A stretch of DNA of 64,000 nt from Dehalococcoidia bacterium (GCA_030612025.1 JAUWOR010000001.1:64001-128000), one strand, 5' to 3'. Shown: positions 28,940 to 40,771, counted from the first letter of the stretch. The notes: generated from the letters alone by a model not told the origin. Made by a program: numbers and translations.

Positions 28940-29149
28940 ATGATGAAAAACTTTCGGGTTAGAGGGTCTATTTATTTTGCCGAGCATGTTAATTTCAATG
29001 CACTTGCCCATATTTTTGCTGGATTAGGGATAGCGTGGCTTGTATCCTTATCCTGGCACTATGCCATACCCCCTTTGGTAGCAGGGGCAATATTCCTCGT
29101 TGCCAGTATTGCCATGCATATCCATGCTTATACGCATGGTGAATTTTGA
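28940..29149 (+). CDS. Small membrane protein
   Basis: ATG behind AAGGAGG; two hydrophobic segments; the longer ORF start lies inside the MITE. Confidence 0.65.
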   Translation: MMKNFRVRGSIYFAEHVNFNALAHIFAGLGIAWLVSLSWHYAIPPLVAGAIFLVASIAMHIHAYTHGEF

Positions 29150-29173
29150 TAGAGCCTTTAAGTAAGCGAAAAA

Positions 29174-30199
29174 ATGGCAAAATTTGAGTTTGCTTGCTTG
29201 CCTACAGCTATCGGCAGCATGCCTCACACCGAGCCTGAAAAGGCTTGCTCTATTGTCATGAAATATCTTCCCGCCATCCCCGCCTGGCCTCAGTTGCCAA
29301 AGCGCTCCCCAAAGGAAAATATGTCTATCCAATTCAGCGAGGGTTTCCCGGGAATAGTTATAGCCAAGGATAAAATCCATATCGAGCCGTGGGCAAATTT
29401 TGAAACCGAGCTAGGGCAAATTTATGCTGACTGTGAGCAAGATAATCCCAGTAAATATGGCATTTCTGCGAAATACGCTGCTGGACTTCATGCCTTCCTG
29501 TCACAGGTAAAAAAGACAGGAATAGTCAAGGGGCAGATAACAGGTCCTATCACCTGGGGGCTGACGGTTACTCGTCAGGATGGCTTAGCCATCCTTTATG
29601 ACGATACCTTGGCTGAAGTCGCCGCTAAGTTCTTACGACTAAAAGCCGCCTGGCAAGAAAATGCTTTAAGGAAAATATCACACCATACTATCATCTTTGT
29701 TGATGAGCCATATTTAGTCTCTTTAGGCTCGGTTTTTACTCCCATCCCTGAAGATAAAGTGGCTGCCTTACTAGAGGAAGTTTTCCAGGGAATCAAAGGG
29801 ATAAAAGGATTGCATTGCTGTGGCAATACTGATTGGCCAGTTCTTTTGGGCACCACGACTGACATCCTTAGCTTCGATGCTTACAATTACGCTTCCTCCC
29901 TTAGTAGTTATCCCAATGAAGTAAAATCTTTTCTCCAGCGTGGAGGCAATATTGCCTGGGGAATCGTGCCCAACGATGAAGAAGCTTTAGCTAAGGAATC
30001 GCTATCCAGCCTCCGTGACCGCTTAGAAGAGGCTATGGCTCCCTTCACCCAAAATGGCATCAGTTTTAAGCAAATTTTAAGGCAAAGCTTGCTAACTCCT
30101 TCTTGCGGACTGACAGCCCTATCACCTGAAGCAGCATGTCAGGCTCTGGAATTAGTAGCCAAGTTATCCCATGATTTAAGGAGGCGATATACTTTATAA
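29174..30199 (+). CDS. Short (core) MetE-like methionine synthase
   Basis: TAIGSMP, KGQITGP, FVDEP, HCCG, TPSCG; single barrel within the SAM-cycle operon. Confidence 0.85.
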   Translation: MAKFEFACLPTAIGSMPHTEPEKACSIVMKYLPAIPAWPQLPKRSPKENMSIQFSEGFPGIVIAKDKIHIEPWANFETELGQIYADCEQDNPSKYGISAKYAAGLHAFLSQVKKTGIVKGQITGPITWGLTVTRQDGLAILYDDTLAEVAAKFLRLKAAWQENALRKISHHTIIFVDEPYLVSLGSVFTPIPEDKVAALLEEVFQGIKGIKGLHCCGNTDWPVLLGTTTDILSFDAYNYASSLSSYPNEVKSFLQRGGNIAWGIVPNDEEALAKESLSSLRDRLEEAMAPFTQNGISFKQILRQSLLTPSCGLTALSPEAACQALELVAKLSHDLRRRYTL

Positions 30200-30213
30200 T
30201 AGGAGCATAAGAA

Positions 30214-30409
30214 ATGGAGTGTCAGATTGAGGTCAACAAATCCAGGTGTAGCTGCACTTATGAGCCATGTGACAGAAAGGGTAAATGCTGTGAGTGCATA
30301 CGCTACCATTGGGAACATGGTGAGCTCTCTGGCTGCCTAGGGCAAGCCGGAAGTAGAAAGGACTTATGACCGCTCATTGGCTAAGTTCATTGCTGTTTAT
30401 TCCAAGTAG
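30214..30409 (+). pseudogene. Small Cys-rich protein (DUF6485-like), frameshifted
   Basis: [32 protein letters not shown]...GC, then [11 protein letters not shown] in another frame. Confidence 0.7.
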
Positions 30410-30435
30410 TTGCCTGATTTATCAGGCTTAAGGGT

Positions 30436-30534
30436 ATGAATAAGAAGAAAAGAATGGCTGCCCTAAAACAGCGTCGGCGCCAGAAAAAGCTCAAGGAAAA
30501 GAAGAAACCTATGGCTTTAGCTAAGGAGCAATGA
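30436..30534 (+). CDS. 32-aa very basic peptide
   Basis: MNKKKRMAALKQRRRQKKLKEKKKPMALAKEQ; ATGA overlap with the next gene. Confidence 0.5.
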   Translation: MNKKKRMAALKQRRRQKKLKEKKKPMALAKEQ

Positions 30535-31055
30535 AAAGGGTCCTCCTGCTAACCGGCAAGCCGGGCACTGGCAAAACTGCTCTCATCAAGGAAGCCATAG
30601 CTAAGGCAAAAATTAGAGCTGGCGGCTTTTACACCGAAGAAATACGAAGTGGCGGGATAAGGCAAGGATTCAGAATAATCACCCTCGATGGGCAAAATGG
30701 TATATTGGCGCATATCAATATCCCTAGCCCCTATCAGGTAAGCAAATACAAAGTTGATATTAATAGTTTGAACGAGGTTGGCGTTTCTGCTATCCATCAA
30801 GCGCTGAAGGAATGTGATTTGGTAGTCATCGATGAAATTGGCAAGATGGAGCTTTTATCGCCGCGGTTTAAGGAAGCCGTGCAGCAAGCAATAGACAGCG
30901 GGAAAAAGTTCCTGGGTACTATCATGCTTAGCCCTAATCCCTTTGCCGACGAAATCAAGCACCATCCGGAAGTTAAATTACTTGTGGTAACCAAGAGTAA
31001 CCGTAACCAAGTGTTGAAAGAAATCTTAAATTGGCTGGAGATAGTTGCCAGGTGA
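30531..31055 (+). CDS. THEP1/NTPase_1 family nucleoside triphosphatase
   Basis: LTGKPGTGKT, GGFYTEE, IDEIGKME. Confidence 0.92.
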   Translation: MKRVLLLTGKPGTGKTALIKEAIAKAKIRAGGFYTEEIRSGGIRQGFRIITLDGQNGILAHINIPSPYQVSKYKVDINSLNEVGVSAIHQALKECDLVVIDEIGKMELLSPRFKEAVQQAIDSGKKFLGTIMLSPNPFADEIKHHPEVKLLVVTKSNRNQVLKEILNWLEIVAR

Positions 31056-31579
31056 AAATCACTCTTAAACCATTGGGCGAGGTAGACAATCAAATAGTTA
31101 AAGAACTTGGGGAAGAGGTCTATCGCGTCTTCCAGTGCCCGGTAGAAGTAAAAAAGGGCTTCAGCTACCTGGCTCACGCCTATAATCCTGAAAGACGACA
31201 ATACCTTTCCTCAAGCTTGCTAGCCACATTGAATACCTCGGAAAGGGAAAGAGATGAGAAAATCGTGGGCATAGTTGATGTTGACCTTTACGTTCCAAGA
31301 CTTAATTTCGCTTTTGGTGAAGCTGACATTAGCTCTGGCACAGCGATTGTATCCTTATGCCGATTGAGGCAGGAATATTATGGCTCGCCACCCGATAAGA
31401 GGTTATTCATGGAAAGAGCCACCAAGGAAATAGTTCATGAACTAGGACATACCTTCGGCCTAGGGCATTGCCCTAATGCCAAATGCGTTATGCACTTCTC
31501 CAATTGCTTGGCAGATACCGACTGGAAGGAAGCAAATTTTTGCCCCGGATGTCATCCCAAAATAATGCCCTTGATATAG
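31052..31579 (+). CDS. Archaemetzincin family Zn metalloprotease (M54)
   Basis: HELGHTFGLGHCPNAKCVMHFS, FCPGC. Confidence 0.92.
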   Translation: MKITLKPLGEVDNQIVKELGEEVYRVFQCPVEVKKGFSYLAHAYNPERRQYLSSSLLATLNTSERERDEKIVGIVDVDLYVPRLNFAFGEADISSGTAIVSLCRLRQEYYGSPPDKRLFMERATKEIVHELGHTFGLGHCPNAKCVMHFSNCLADTDWKEANFCPGCHPKIMPLI

Positions 31580-31599
31580 TTTCGTGGGCAAGAAAAAAG

Positions 31600-31717
31600 A
31601 GGGTGTTTAAAAATGTAGTTGCCCAATTTATTGGGCGACTGTGCCTGATAAATCAGGCAACTACGAAAATCTTGGGGGAAAGATTATTAAAACTGAATGA
31701 GGCAAAATTAAACAGCT
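31600..31717 (+). mobile_element. MITE-like element: type A doublet with a type-B-like right arm
   Basis: Right arm TATTAAAACTGAATGAG is shared with the 51710 and 61551 copies. Confidence 0.78.
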
Positions 31718-31742
31718 AAGAAAAAAGAAAGGGAGGTTAAAC

Positions 31743-32297
31743 ATGGCAAAAGTGTATGACATAAAGAGGCTAAAGGATTTAAACGAAGAGGAGAAAGGTC
31801 AACTGCTAAAGGATGCTTATGACCTGGGCTTCAAGTATGAGCATGACTACCATGGATGCTCGCAATCAGCCTTTGGTGCTTTGCAGGAATTGTTTGGCAT
31901 TTCCAATGACATTGCTTTTAAGGCTGCTTGCGGACTCGCTGGAGGTCTGGGAGGTTCTTCGCTGATGACCTGCGGTGCGCTTAGTGGCTCATGTATGTTC
32001 TTAAGTATGCTGTATGGCAGAGAAAGGGACAAGATAGAAGATCCTGAGGGTTACCGGTTTGTAGCATACAATGCCTGCAATAAGGTTCTGGAAAAATATC
32101 TGCAAGAATGGGGCACTGCTGAGTGCCGGGAAATTCAAAAGATTAAGTTTGGGGGCAAATGGTTTAAGATTAATGACCCTGAGCAGTTTAAGGAATTCGT
32201 CTCGCTCGGAGGCAATACCATTTTCGGTCCCGACGTAGTGGGCAAAGCAGTTAGGTGGTGCGCTGAAGTGATTCTGGAGAAGGAAAGCAAAAACTAG
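31743..32297 (+). CDS. C-GCAxxG-C-C family putative redox protein
   Basis: GCSQS, TCGALSG, ECREIQ. Confidence 0.85.
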   Translation: MAKVYDIKRLKDLNEEEKGQLLKDAYDLGFKYEHDYHGCSQSAFGALQELFGISNDIAFKAACGLAGGLGGSSLMTCGALSGSCMFLSMLYGRERDKIEDPEGYRFVAYNACNKVLEKYLQEWGTAECREIQKIKFGGKWFKINDPEQFKEFVSLGGNTIFGPDVVGKAVRWCAEVILEKESKN

Positions 32298-32411
32298 GCA
32301 AGTGCAAAATCAGCTCCGCTCGGTCGGAGGACTGTAACACAAAGGTGAGGAAAACGATTTTGAGTTTGCTACCAGTTCGGAGTTCGGGAACAGAAGGGTC
32401 AGACAAATCTT

Positions 32412-33494
32412 TTGACTTCGACTAAAACTGACTACTCCAAGGAAGCATCATTGGAATTACAATATAAGATCGAAGACTTACTTAAGCCCGAGGCTTATCC
32501 TCGTAAGCCGCAAAAGATAGAACTAATACAAACACAGATGTCCTTTATTTTTCTCACTGGTGACTATGTATATAAGGTGAAGAAGCCAGTGAATCTAGGA
32601 TATTTGGATTACACCACCCTAGAGAAACGCCGCTTCTTCTGTCACCAAGAGCTAGAGCTAAATAGACGCCTTTGTCCCGATGTTTACCTAGCAGTAGTGC
32701 CAATAACTGAGAGCTGTCAGCTGTCAGCTGTTAGCTATCATTTTGAGGGAGAAGGCAAGGCAATAGAGTACGCCGTCAAAATGAGGCAAATGCCTCAAGA
32801 GCGTATGATGGATGTGCTCTTGCCTCGAGGCAAAGTAACCAAGGAAATGATAGCCAAGGTGGCTGAAAAACTAGCCGGCTTTCACCAGAAGGCCAAAACA
32901 AACCCAGAAATTGCTGCTTTCGGCAAATTAGACACTATCCGCCAAAACTGTGAGGAGAATTTCTCCCAAACTGAGAAATATATTGGCGTTTCTATTCCAG
33001 CGAGAAAGTATGCGCAGATTGAAAGTTACACCAATGATTTCATTAGCAGCAATAGCAACCTTTTCGATAAACGAGTAAGTAAAGGTAAAATAAGAGATTG
33101 CCATGGTGACCTTCATGCCGCCCATATCTGCTTCACTGACGACATTTGCATTTACGACTGCATTGAGTTCAACGATAGATTCAGGTATTCTGATGTGGCT
33201 TCCGAGGTCGCCTTTTTGGCTATGGATTTAGACCGCTACCAGCGGGCTGACCCTTCGGGCTTGAGCCCTCAAGGGCGAAGCCTTTCCCGACACTTTGTCA
33301 ATACCTATGTGGAGCTAAGTCAGGATAAGGAACTGCTGAGTTTGCTCAACTTTTACAAGTGTTACCGAGCCTATGTTAGGGGCAAAGTGGAAAGTTTCAA
33401 GCTAGACGACCCCCTTATCTCGGAGACCGAGAAAGCAAGGGCTTTAGCTACTGCAAAGAGCTATTTCGAGCTTGCAGAATCGTATATGCAGTGA
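32412..33494 (+). CDS. Aminoglycoside-phosphotransferase-like kinase (N-half of the APH/AAA_33 family)
   Basis: YKVKKPV.LGYLDY, ELELNRRL, CHGDLH, DCIEFN. Confidence 0.88.
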   Translation: MTSTKTDYSKEASLELQYKIEDLLKPEAYPRKPQKIELIQTQMSFIFLTGDYVYKVKKPVNLGYLDYTTLEKRRFFCHQELELNRRLCPDVYLAVVPITESCQLSAVSYHFEGEGKAIEYAVKMRQMPQERMMDVLLPRGKVTKEMIAKVAEKLAGFHQKAKTNPEIAAFGKLDTIRQNCEENFSQTEKYIGVSIPARKYAQIESYTNDFISSNSNLFDKRVSKGKIRDCHGDLHAAHICFTDDICIYDCIEFNDRFRYSDVASEVAFLAMDLDRYQRADPSGLSPQGRSLSRHFVNTYVELSQDKELLSLLNFYKCYRAYVRGKVESFKLDDPLISETEKARALATAKSYFELAESYMQ

Positions 33495-33550
33495 TATATA
33501 CAGAATAGGTTAAAATAAATCAGATTAGGCAAACCCTAGAGTTTGTCCAT

Positions 33551-33814
33551 ATGGTCGCTATACGCCATGCTATTCTTGGGCAAGGTGCAGTGCAAATAAC
33601 CAATATGAAACGCACTGTTGTATTAACAAAGGACAGCGAATTGATCGGGTTTTTGTTCATCGATTCTCCCGACTATCTTGTCGTTGCCAATAATGTTGTT
33701 GAGGACTCATTGGTAGGTCCCATCAAGCAAAGTAAAGTCAGATTTATAGATGCTGAAGCTGATTTTGTAATCTTGCCACGTGAGAAGGTATGCGAACTGA
33801 GGTTTCTTGAATAG
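33551..33814 (+). CDS. Hypothetical protein
   Basis: 87-aa ORF overlapping the RusA-like gene. Confidence 0.5.
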   Translation: MVAIRHAILGQGAVQITNMKRTVVLTKDSELIGFLFIDSPDYLVVANNVVEDSLVGPIKQSKVRFIDAEADFVILPREKVCELRFLE

Positions 33815-34235
33815 TATGAACGTTATCGACCCGAAGATCGAATATTTGGTCATTGTCCCGGGCAAAGCACGGTCTTTTCGGTCTCACTACGCGAAAGTAT
33901 ATCGAGAGAAAGTACGTAAGGCAGCTAGAGAGGTCGTCACAGAGATGTTCCATAGCGATGATATTGATCTTAAGGTTGATTACTTCTACAGAGGAAACCG
34001 AAATGTCGATATGGACAATATCACCAAGAATGTGATGGATGCGTTGACAGGTGTTGCTTATTTGGATGATAAGCTTGTCAAAACCCAGAATTCTAGCGCA
34101 CATAAGGTCGATGAGGTTGTATGTGTAACTAGAGAGGTATTTGACATATTCAGGCCCTTGGCTAATCATAAAGAATATTTGGTAATTCGTATCCGCTCAA
34201 AGGATGCCTACATAAAGATTAAGCACAGTACATAA
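33807..34235 (+). CDS. RusA-family endonuclease
   Basis: VPGKA, DMDNITKNVMDALTGVAYLDD. Confidence 0.85.
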   Translation: MNSMNVIDPKIEYLVIVPGKARSFRSHYAKVYREKVRKAAREVVTEMFHSDDIDLKVDYFYRGNRNVDMDNITKNVMDALTGVAYLDDKLVKTQNSSAHKVDEVVCVTREVFDIFRPLANHKEYLVIRIRSKDAYIKIKHST

Positions 34236-34289
34236 GACGGGCTTTGCAGCTCACTCCGCAAAGCCTGAAAACCTAAAAGGGGTGACAAA

Positions 34290-34892
34290 TTGAGAGAGCC
34301 GTTTAGGAAATTCATAGAAAGCGAGTTAAGGGCTGGCATTTTGCTTATCACCTGCGGTCTTCCTGGTACCTGGAAGACTGAGACAAGCCAGGAGATTTCC
34401 AAGATTAAAGGTTACCCCATCCTTCGCAGCGACCTGATTAGAAGAGAATTACTTAAAGATGAAGATATATTCGATGAGAAGGTCGCCTCCAATATGGGCA
34501 AACGAATGATGGTCTATGATGAGACGTTCCGGCGGGCAGATGAGACTCTTAAGAAGGGTGATAGTGTAATACTCGATGCTACCTTCATTACCCAATCACT
34601 AAGAAGGCGCGCTGCTGCAATAGCAGCCAAGCATAATAAGACGTTCGTCATCCTTCAAACCCACTGCCCGCAAGAGGTAGCTATCGCACGGATACTGAGG
34701 CGAACTAAAGGGGATTACGAATCAAACGCCCTCACTGAACAAGCTTACCTTAACAATAAAAAGAGGTTCGAAGAGGTAGATCTGGATGACTTGAAGCGGT
34801 TGAACCCTGAGCTTAAAATCATTCACTTGACAGTTGATACCCAGCATGACCCACCTGAAGATTGGTATGTTATTGGCATAGAAAAGGGATAA
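34290..34892 (+). CDS. AAA_33 P-loop kinase
   Basis: GLPGTWKT, RSDLIR, ILDATF. Confidence 0.88.
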   Translation: MREPFRKFIESELRAGILLITCGLPGTWKTETSQEISKIKGYPILRSDLIRRELLKDEDIFDEKVASNMGKRMMVYDETFRRADETLKKGDSVILDATFITQSLRRRAAAIAAKHNKTFVILQTHCPQEVAIARILRRTKGDYESNALTEQAYLNNKKRFEEVDLDDLKRLNPELKIIHLTVDTQHDPPEDWYVIGIEKG

Positions 34893-34920
34893 CGATTGGG
34901 GTATTCTGTGTCAGGGGACA

Positions 34921-35538
34921 GTGATGACAGTGCTAGCAACCAAGTTCCGGGACAAAAGTTGGTTTTCGCATGCAGCTTCTTATCTATCGTCACGTCTTCT
35001 GTCTGTGGAGGCAAGAATGCAAGCGACATTTCGATATGTCGAACTGCACAGCGAAAATTGGAATACCTTTTCATACGAGTTCGCCAGCATCTTGAGGGAT
35101 TCTGGTAGCGTTTTTAGCTCTGTGGCCGATGCATTGGTGAGAGGCGCTAGCGCTGCCCCTAGGCATGAGTACAACTTCGGTGATTATCGCGATTTCCTGC
35201 GAAGAGAGGTTCCAGATATTGGCCAGCGGACTGTATGTGTACGCCCATGTTTTCCTGCGGGGATTATAGTCCCATTTGAGGAGCTGCAAACGGCGACGGG
35301 CACTCTTGGATGGTGGGATGCGTATAACAAAGTAAAGCACCATGAATATCATGAGTTCCGCATGGGTAGTCTAGAGAACTGCGTCACGGCAGTATCCGGG
35401 CTTGTATTACTAGGGTTCTTAATGGGGATATTTATTTCCGACCCGCTGTTTGTTAATGTTGGGATTGTCTACCATCCGAACTCCATCGAGATGTCTGATG
35501 AGAGACGCCTGTTCCCCCGCGTGAGCAATACTCTCTGA
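34921..35538 (+). CDS. Hypothetical protein, HEPN-like (WWxAYNxVKH family)
   Basis: WWDAYNKVKH motif; helical. Confidence 0.55.
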   Translation: MMTVLATKFRDKSWFSHAASYLSSRLLSVEARMQATFRYVELHSENWNTFSYEFASILRDSGSVFSSVADALVRGASAAPRHEYNFGDYRDFLRREVPDIGQRTVCVRPCFPAGIIVPFEELQTATGTLGWWDAYNKVKHHEYHEFRMGSLENCVTAVSGLVLLGFLMGIFISDPLFVNVGIVYHPNSIEMSDERRLFPRVSNTL

Positions 35539-35559
35539 AATGAGAAATCCAGAATAGCA

Positions 35560-36456
35560 ATGAAAATAGATTTACACATCCATACCAAGACTTGCTCGGA
35601 TGGCAATCTCTCTATTGAAGAGGTTTTCCAGGAAGCAAAAAATAGGAATATCGATTTAATCTCCATAACTGACCACGATTCTATAGACTGCCAGGAAAGA
35701 GCTATCACTCTGGCAAGAGAGCATAACATATCCTACATCACAGGGGTGGAATTAAATGTGACCTTTCATTATCCTGAGAAGGACAAAGCTGTCTCCTTGG
35801 ATTTTCTGGGATACCAGTTTGATATCGGTAATCAAGAGCTAAAGAGCAAGCTTCAATTGATAAAAGAACATAGGGAAAGAAGGGCGCGTCAAATTTTGGA
35901 GAAACTGAATGCTGAGTTCGCTAAAGAAGGCATTGAAAGATTCACTGAGATAGACCTCAAGAATATACAGGATAGCGTTGATGGTGTATTTGGACGACCC
36001 CATATAGCGAACTACCTAATAGAAAAAGGGCTTGTGAAAGATAAGCAAGAGGCCTTCGATAAGTATCTGGTCAAGTGCGATGTAGCTAAGTATCCGCTTT
36101 CCCTGGCTGAAGCGTCGAGATTGATTAGAAACGCCGGCGGCATATTGGTACAGGCACACCCCAATGACCCGAACGGAACATCTTTGGTAAGCATAACGCC
36201 TGATTTGCATGAACAAACGAAGATTATAGAAGAATATATGCTAGAATACATCGATGGTGTCGAGTGCTGGCATTCAAGACATGACAAAAACACTACGGCA
36301 CACTATATCGAGTTTGCCAGGAGACATGGTTTGCTCATGACCGGGGGCAGCGATTGCCATCAAAAACCGCTCCTTATGGGCATGGTGGATATACCTGACT
36401 GGGTTGCTGAGCAGTTCAGTGGTAAGAAAATGGAGGTCTCTCCAGCCAATAGATAA
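35560..36456 (+). CDS. PHP-domain phosphoesterase
   Basis: DLHIHT..SDG, ITDHD, GRPHIA, TGGSDCH. Confidence 0.92.
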   Translation: MKIDLHIHTKTCSDGNLSIEEVFQEAKNRNIDLISITDHDSIDCQERAITLAREHNISYITGVELNVTFHYPEKDKAVSLDFLGYQFDIGNQELKSKLQLIKEHRERRARQILEKLNAEFAKEGIERFTEIDLKNIQDSVDGVFGRPHIANYLIEKGLVKDKQEAFDKYLVKCDVAKYPLSLAEASRLIRNAGGILVQAHPNDPNGTSLVSITPDLHEQTKIIEEYMLEYIDGVECWHSRHDKNTTAHYIEFARRHGLLMTGGSDCHQKPLLMGMVDIPDWVAEQFSGKKMEVSPANR

Positions 36457-36478
36457 AATGGATGAAATAATTTGGAGC

Positions 36479-36588
36479 AGATTGCTTTGCGGAGCCTGTC
36501 CTGAGCGTTATGAGATTCTTCGCGGAGTTTACCCTGAGCGAGATTAGATTCTTCGCTACGCTCAGAATGACAGGGAGCGAAGGGCTCG
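36479..36588. repeat. Compound GTCATT-family repeat
   Basis: AGATTGCTT...AGATTCTTCGC...CTCAGAATGAC. Confidence 0.8.
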
Positions 36589-36598
36589 TAGCTAATAG

Positions 36599-37856
<1,258 letters not shown>

Positions 37857-37858
<2 letters not shown>

Positions 37859-37950
37859 ATCTAAAAGGCAAAAGGCAAAAATACAGAGCAAAAATTAAAA
37901 AGTTTTGAAATTTGAGTGGTAACTTTGATTTTTTATTTTTAACTCTTGAT
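37857..37950. repeat. Inverted AT-rich heptamer array
   Basis: AAAAGGC units followed by TTTTGA units. Confidence 0.55.
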
Positions 37951-37960
37951 TTTAATTGAG

Positions 37961-39172
37961 ATGCCAAATAGCTTTAATCAGCTAGCTTCATATTTAGCCA
38001 CTTCGGAATCGGTCACCGAGGGACACCCAGATAAGTTATGTGACCAGGTATCCGATGCCGTCCTCGATGCCATGCTGGAAAAAGACCCCTTTGCCCATGT
38101 TGCCTGCGAGGTTTCCGTCACCATGGGGATGGTGACGGTGATGGGTGAGATCACCTGCGATTGCTATGTAGAAATTCCTGATATTGCGCGCCAGGTACTC
38201 AAAGAAGCAGGCTATACACGACCTGAGTATGGCTTTGATTATCGAACTTGTGGCATCCTTGTCTCCCTCAAGGAACAGTCAAGCGATATCGCTGCCGGTG
38301 TTAGTCAATCCTTGGAGACAAGGATAGGAGAGATAACCGACGAAACTCTGGACAGAACTGGCGCCGGCGACCAGGGAATGATGGTCGGCTTTGCCTGCAA
38401 AGAAACGCCTGAACTCATGCCTTTGCCTATTACCCTAGCAAACAAGCTATGCCAACGCCTGGCTGAAGTAAGGAAAGACAAAACTATTCCTTACCTCCGC
38501 CCCGATGGCAAATCACAGGTCACTATTGAATACAGCCATGGCATACCAAAAAGAGTTGTTTGCCTCGTCCTTGGTGCTCAGCATGACCCTGGAGTGAAAC
38601 GTAGCACTATTGAACATGACCTTACAGAGCAGGTGATTAACAAAGTCATTCCCGCCAATCTAAGGGATAGCGAAACTAAAGTTTATATTAACAGTGCGGG
38701 ACAGTTTGTTATTGGGGGACCGGTAAGCGATACTGGCTTTACGGGGCGGAAAATCATAGCTGATACTTATGGCAGCGCCTGCCGACATGGCGGCGGTTGC
38801 TTTTCAGGCAAAGACCCCACTAAAGTAGACCGCTCTGCTGCCTATATGGCGAGATATGCTGCCAAAAATATAGTAGCTGCTGGACTTGCCGATTACATTG
38901 AGCTCCAAACTGCCTATACCATTGGTAAGGCTCGTCCTTTATCCTTGTCTATAGAGACATCTGGCACAGGGAAAGTTTCCGACGAAGCCATCCTGGAGCT
39001 CATCAATAAGCACTTCGACTTTCGCCCCGAAGCCATTATAAGGGCTCTAGATTTGCGCCGTCCTATTTATCGCCAAACCGCTGTTTATGGCCATTTCGGC
39101 AGAGAGGACCTTACCCTCCCGTGGGAGAAAACAGACAAAGCCAAGATATTAAGAAAAGAAGCAGGCTTGTAG
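37961..39172 (+). CDS. metK: S-adenosylmethionine synthetase
   Basis: [26 protein letters not shown]. Confidence 0.97.
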   Translation: MPNSFNQLASYLATSESVTEGHPDKLCDQVSDAVLDAMLEKDPFAHVACEVSVTMGMVTVMGEITCDCYVEIPDIARQVLKEAGYTRPEYGFDYRTCGILVSLKEQSSDIAAGVSQSLETRIGEITDETLDRTGAGDQGMMVGFACKETPELMPLPITLANKLCQRLAEVRKDKTIPYLRPDGKSQVTIEYSHGIPKRVVCLVLGAQHDPGVKRSTIEHDLTEQVINKVIPANLRDSETKVYINSAGQFVIGGPVSDTGFTGRKIIADTYGSACRHGGGCFSGKDPTKVDRSAAYMARYAAKNIVAAGLADYIELQTAYTIGKARPLSLSIETSGTGKVSDEAILELINKHFDFRPEAIIRALDLRRPIYRQTAVYGHFGREDLTLPWEKTDKAKILRKEAGL

Positions 39173-39390
39173 AATTCGTATCTTCACAACAAGAATTTGG
39201 TCGATTGAGGTTGTATACACCTGGGGCGATTGCCGCTAATGATACTTGGCTAATTAAACGGGCAGTGAACAGTTGGAATATGCTAAGCTAAGACTCCATT
39301 CATAAATATATTGATATTATGCAGATGCCTGTTCATGTCTGGCTTTGCATCATGGAAAGGCCGCTCAAGTGCGAGTTGCGGAGGTGTTGA

Positions 39391-40434
39391 ATAAACTACT
39401 GGCAGGTAGCAGCTGGAGATGGTGCTCGTGATTATTCATCTGTGTTCTTACAATTTGGCATTATGCTTATAGGAGCTGGTGACCCTGGCCCATACTTCAG
39501 CAACAAAGAGTACTACAAGGGGCATCGGAATTGGCGTGCTCAGGTAGTGCGTTTCGCAGAGAAGGTGACCAAAGGAGATATTGTGGTTCTAAAGAGACCA
39601 TATAAACGGGAGTGGCAAATTCGAGCTGTGGGAATTGTCACAGGTGACTATGAGTACCTTGAGCAATTCAATGATGTCGAGGGTTGGGACCTCCAACATT
39701 GTCGCAGAATGGAATGGGTATGCCCGCCAAAGGTCCAGGATCAGCCCGAAAAAAGGAAAATGGTACTTGTGAAAGGCCTATCAATGGGCACCTTCAAAGC
39801 GGTGAAAAAGAGGGAAGCGATAGAGGAAGCGGAAAGGGTGCTGAAGGAAGGCGAAAAAAAACAAATCACCGAGATTCCCCAGTCTGCCAGGAATATCTCT
39901 GACGAGGACTTGGTGGAGAGTTTGATTGGAAAGGGGCTACGACCAGCTGATGCTGAAACGGTAATCCAGACCATCTGGCGGGTTCGCCGTCTTGCGCGTT
40001 GGTATGCACACCACGGGCGTGATTTAAGTGAACATGAGATACGCACCTTCCTCATTGTACCGATTATGCTGGCGCTGGGGTGGTCAGAGCAGAGAATTAA
40101 GATTGAGTGGAAAAATACTGACATGTCTTTCTTCCATGGTGTCTATAAAAGAACCGAAAAGCCTTCCATGATTCTAGAGTCTAAGCGCGCGTGGGAAGGG
40201 TTACACTACGCTGAGAGGCAGCTAGAGAAATATGCCAAGTTGTTTCCGGAATGCTGCTACCTCGTTGCCTCAGATGGCATTCGTTACCAGCTATATGTGA
40301 AGCATGGTAGTGAGTGGAACTTAAAAGATGATTTCAAAGCTTATGCAAACCTGCTAAACCTCAAAGACCGTCATCCCTACTTGGAGCATATAGGCGGGGC
40401 ACCTGACCTTTTTGTGAGCCTCATGCCGAAATAG
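39391..40434 (+). CDS. Putative restriction endonuclease (McrB/Mrr-like N-domain plus HsdR_N-like PD-(D/E)xK domain); apparent ATA start
   Basis: In-frame NYWQVAAG upstream of the called start; SEHEIRTFLIVP.MLALGW, ILESK, ASDG. Confidence 0.65.
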   Translation: MNYWQVAAGDGARDYSSVFLQFGIMLIGAGDPGPYFSNKEYYKGHRNWRAQVVRFAEKVTKGDIVVLKRPYKREWQIRAVGIVTGDYEYLEQFNDVEGWDLQHCRRMEWVCPPKVQDQPEKRKMVLVKGLSMGTFKAVKKREAIEEAERVLKEGEKKQITEIPQSARNISDEDLVESLIGKGLRPADAETVIQTIWRVRRLARWYAHHGRDLSEHEIRTFLIVPIMLALGWSEQRIKIEWKNTDMSFFHGVYKRTEKPSMILESKRAWEGLHYAERQLEKYAKLFPECCYLVASDGIRYQLYVKHGSEWNLKDDFKAYANLLNLKDRHPYLEHIGGAPDLFVSLMPK

Positions 40435-40771
40435 GATATCGCTCAGGGAAAACAAACGTCCAAAATGTTTAGGAGCTGGGCAAAATTCCCCAGCATGATG
40501 CAGAAGCTAAAGGTACTTAACAGGAAATGGTTAAGCTAGCGAAAGATTTATTTGCCAAATCGATGAAGTTAGAGAATCGGCTGCACTTTCACTAGCTACA
40601 TAGAAGGTTAGTCTAGTTGATAAAAGTGTCCAAATGTTCCAGAATGTATGCCTCAAGCTTAACTGGGAAGTAGCCCATAGCAGTTTGCTGCAATTTCGAA
40701 AAAGATGCCCAAGATTTATATAGGCGCAGATTGTGAAACCAAGGGCGGGCAAACAATGAGGTCGTATAGAT

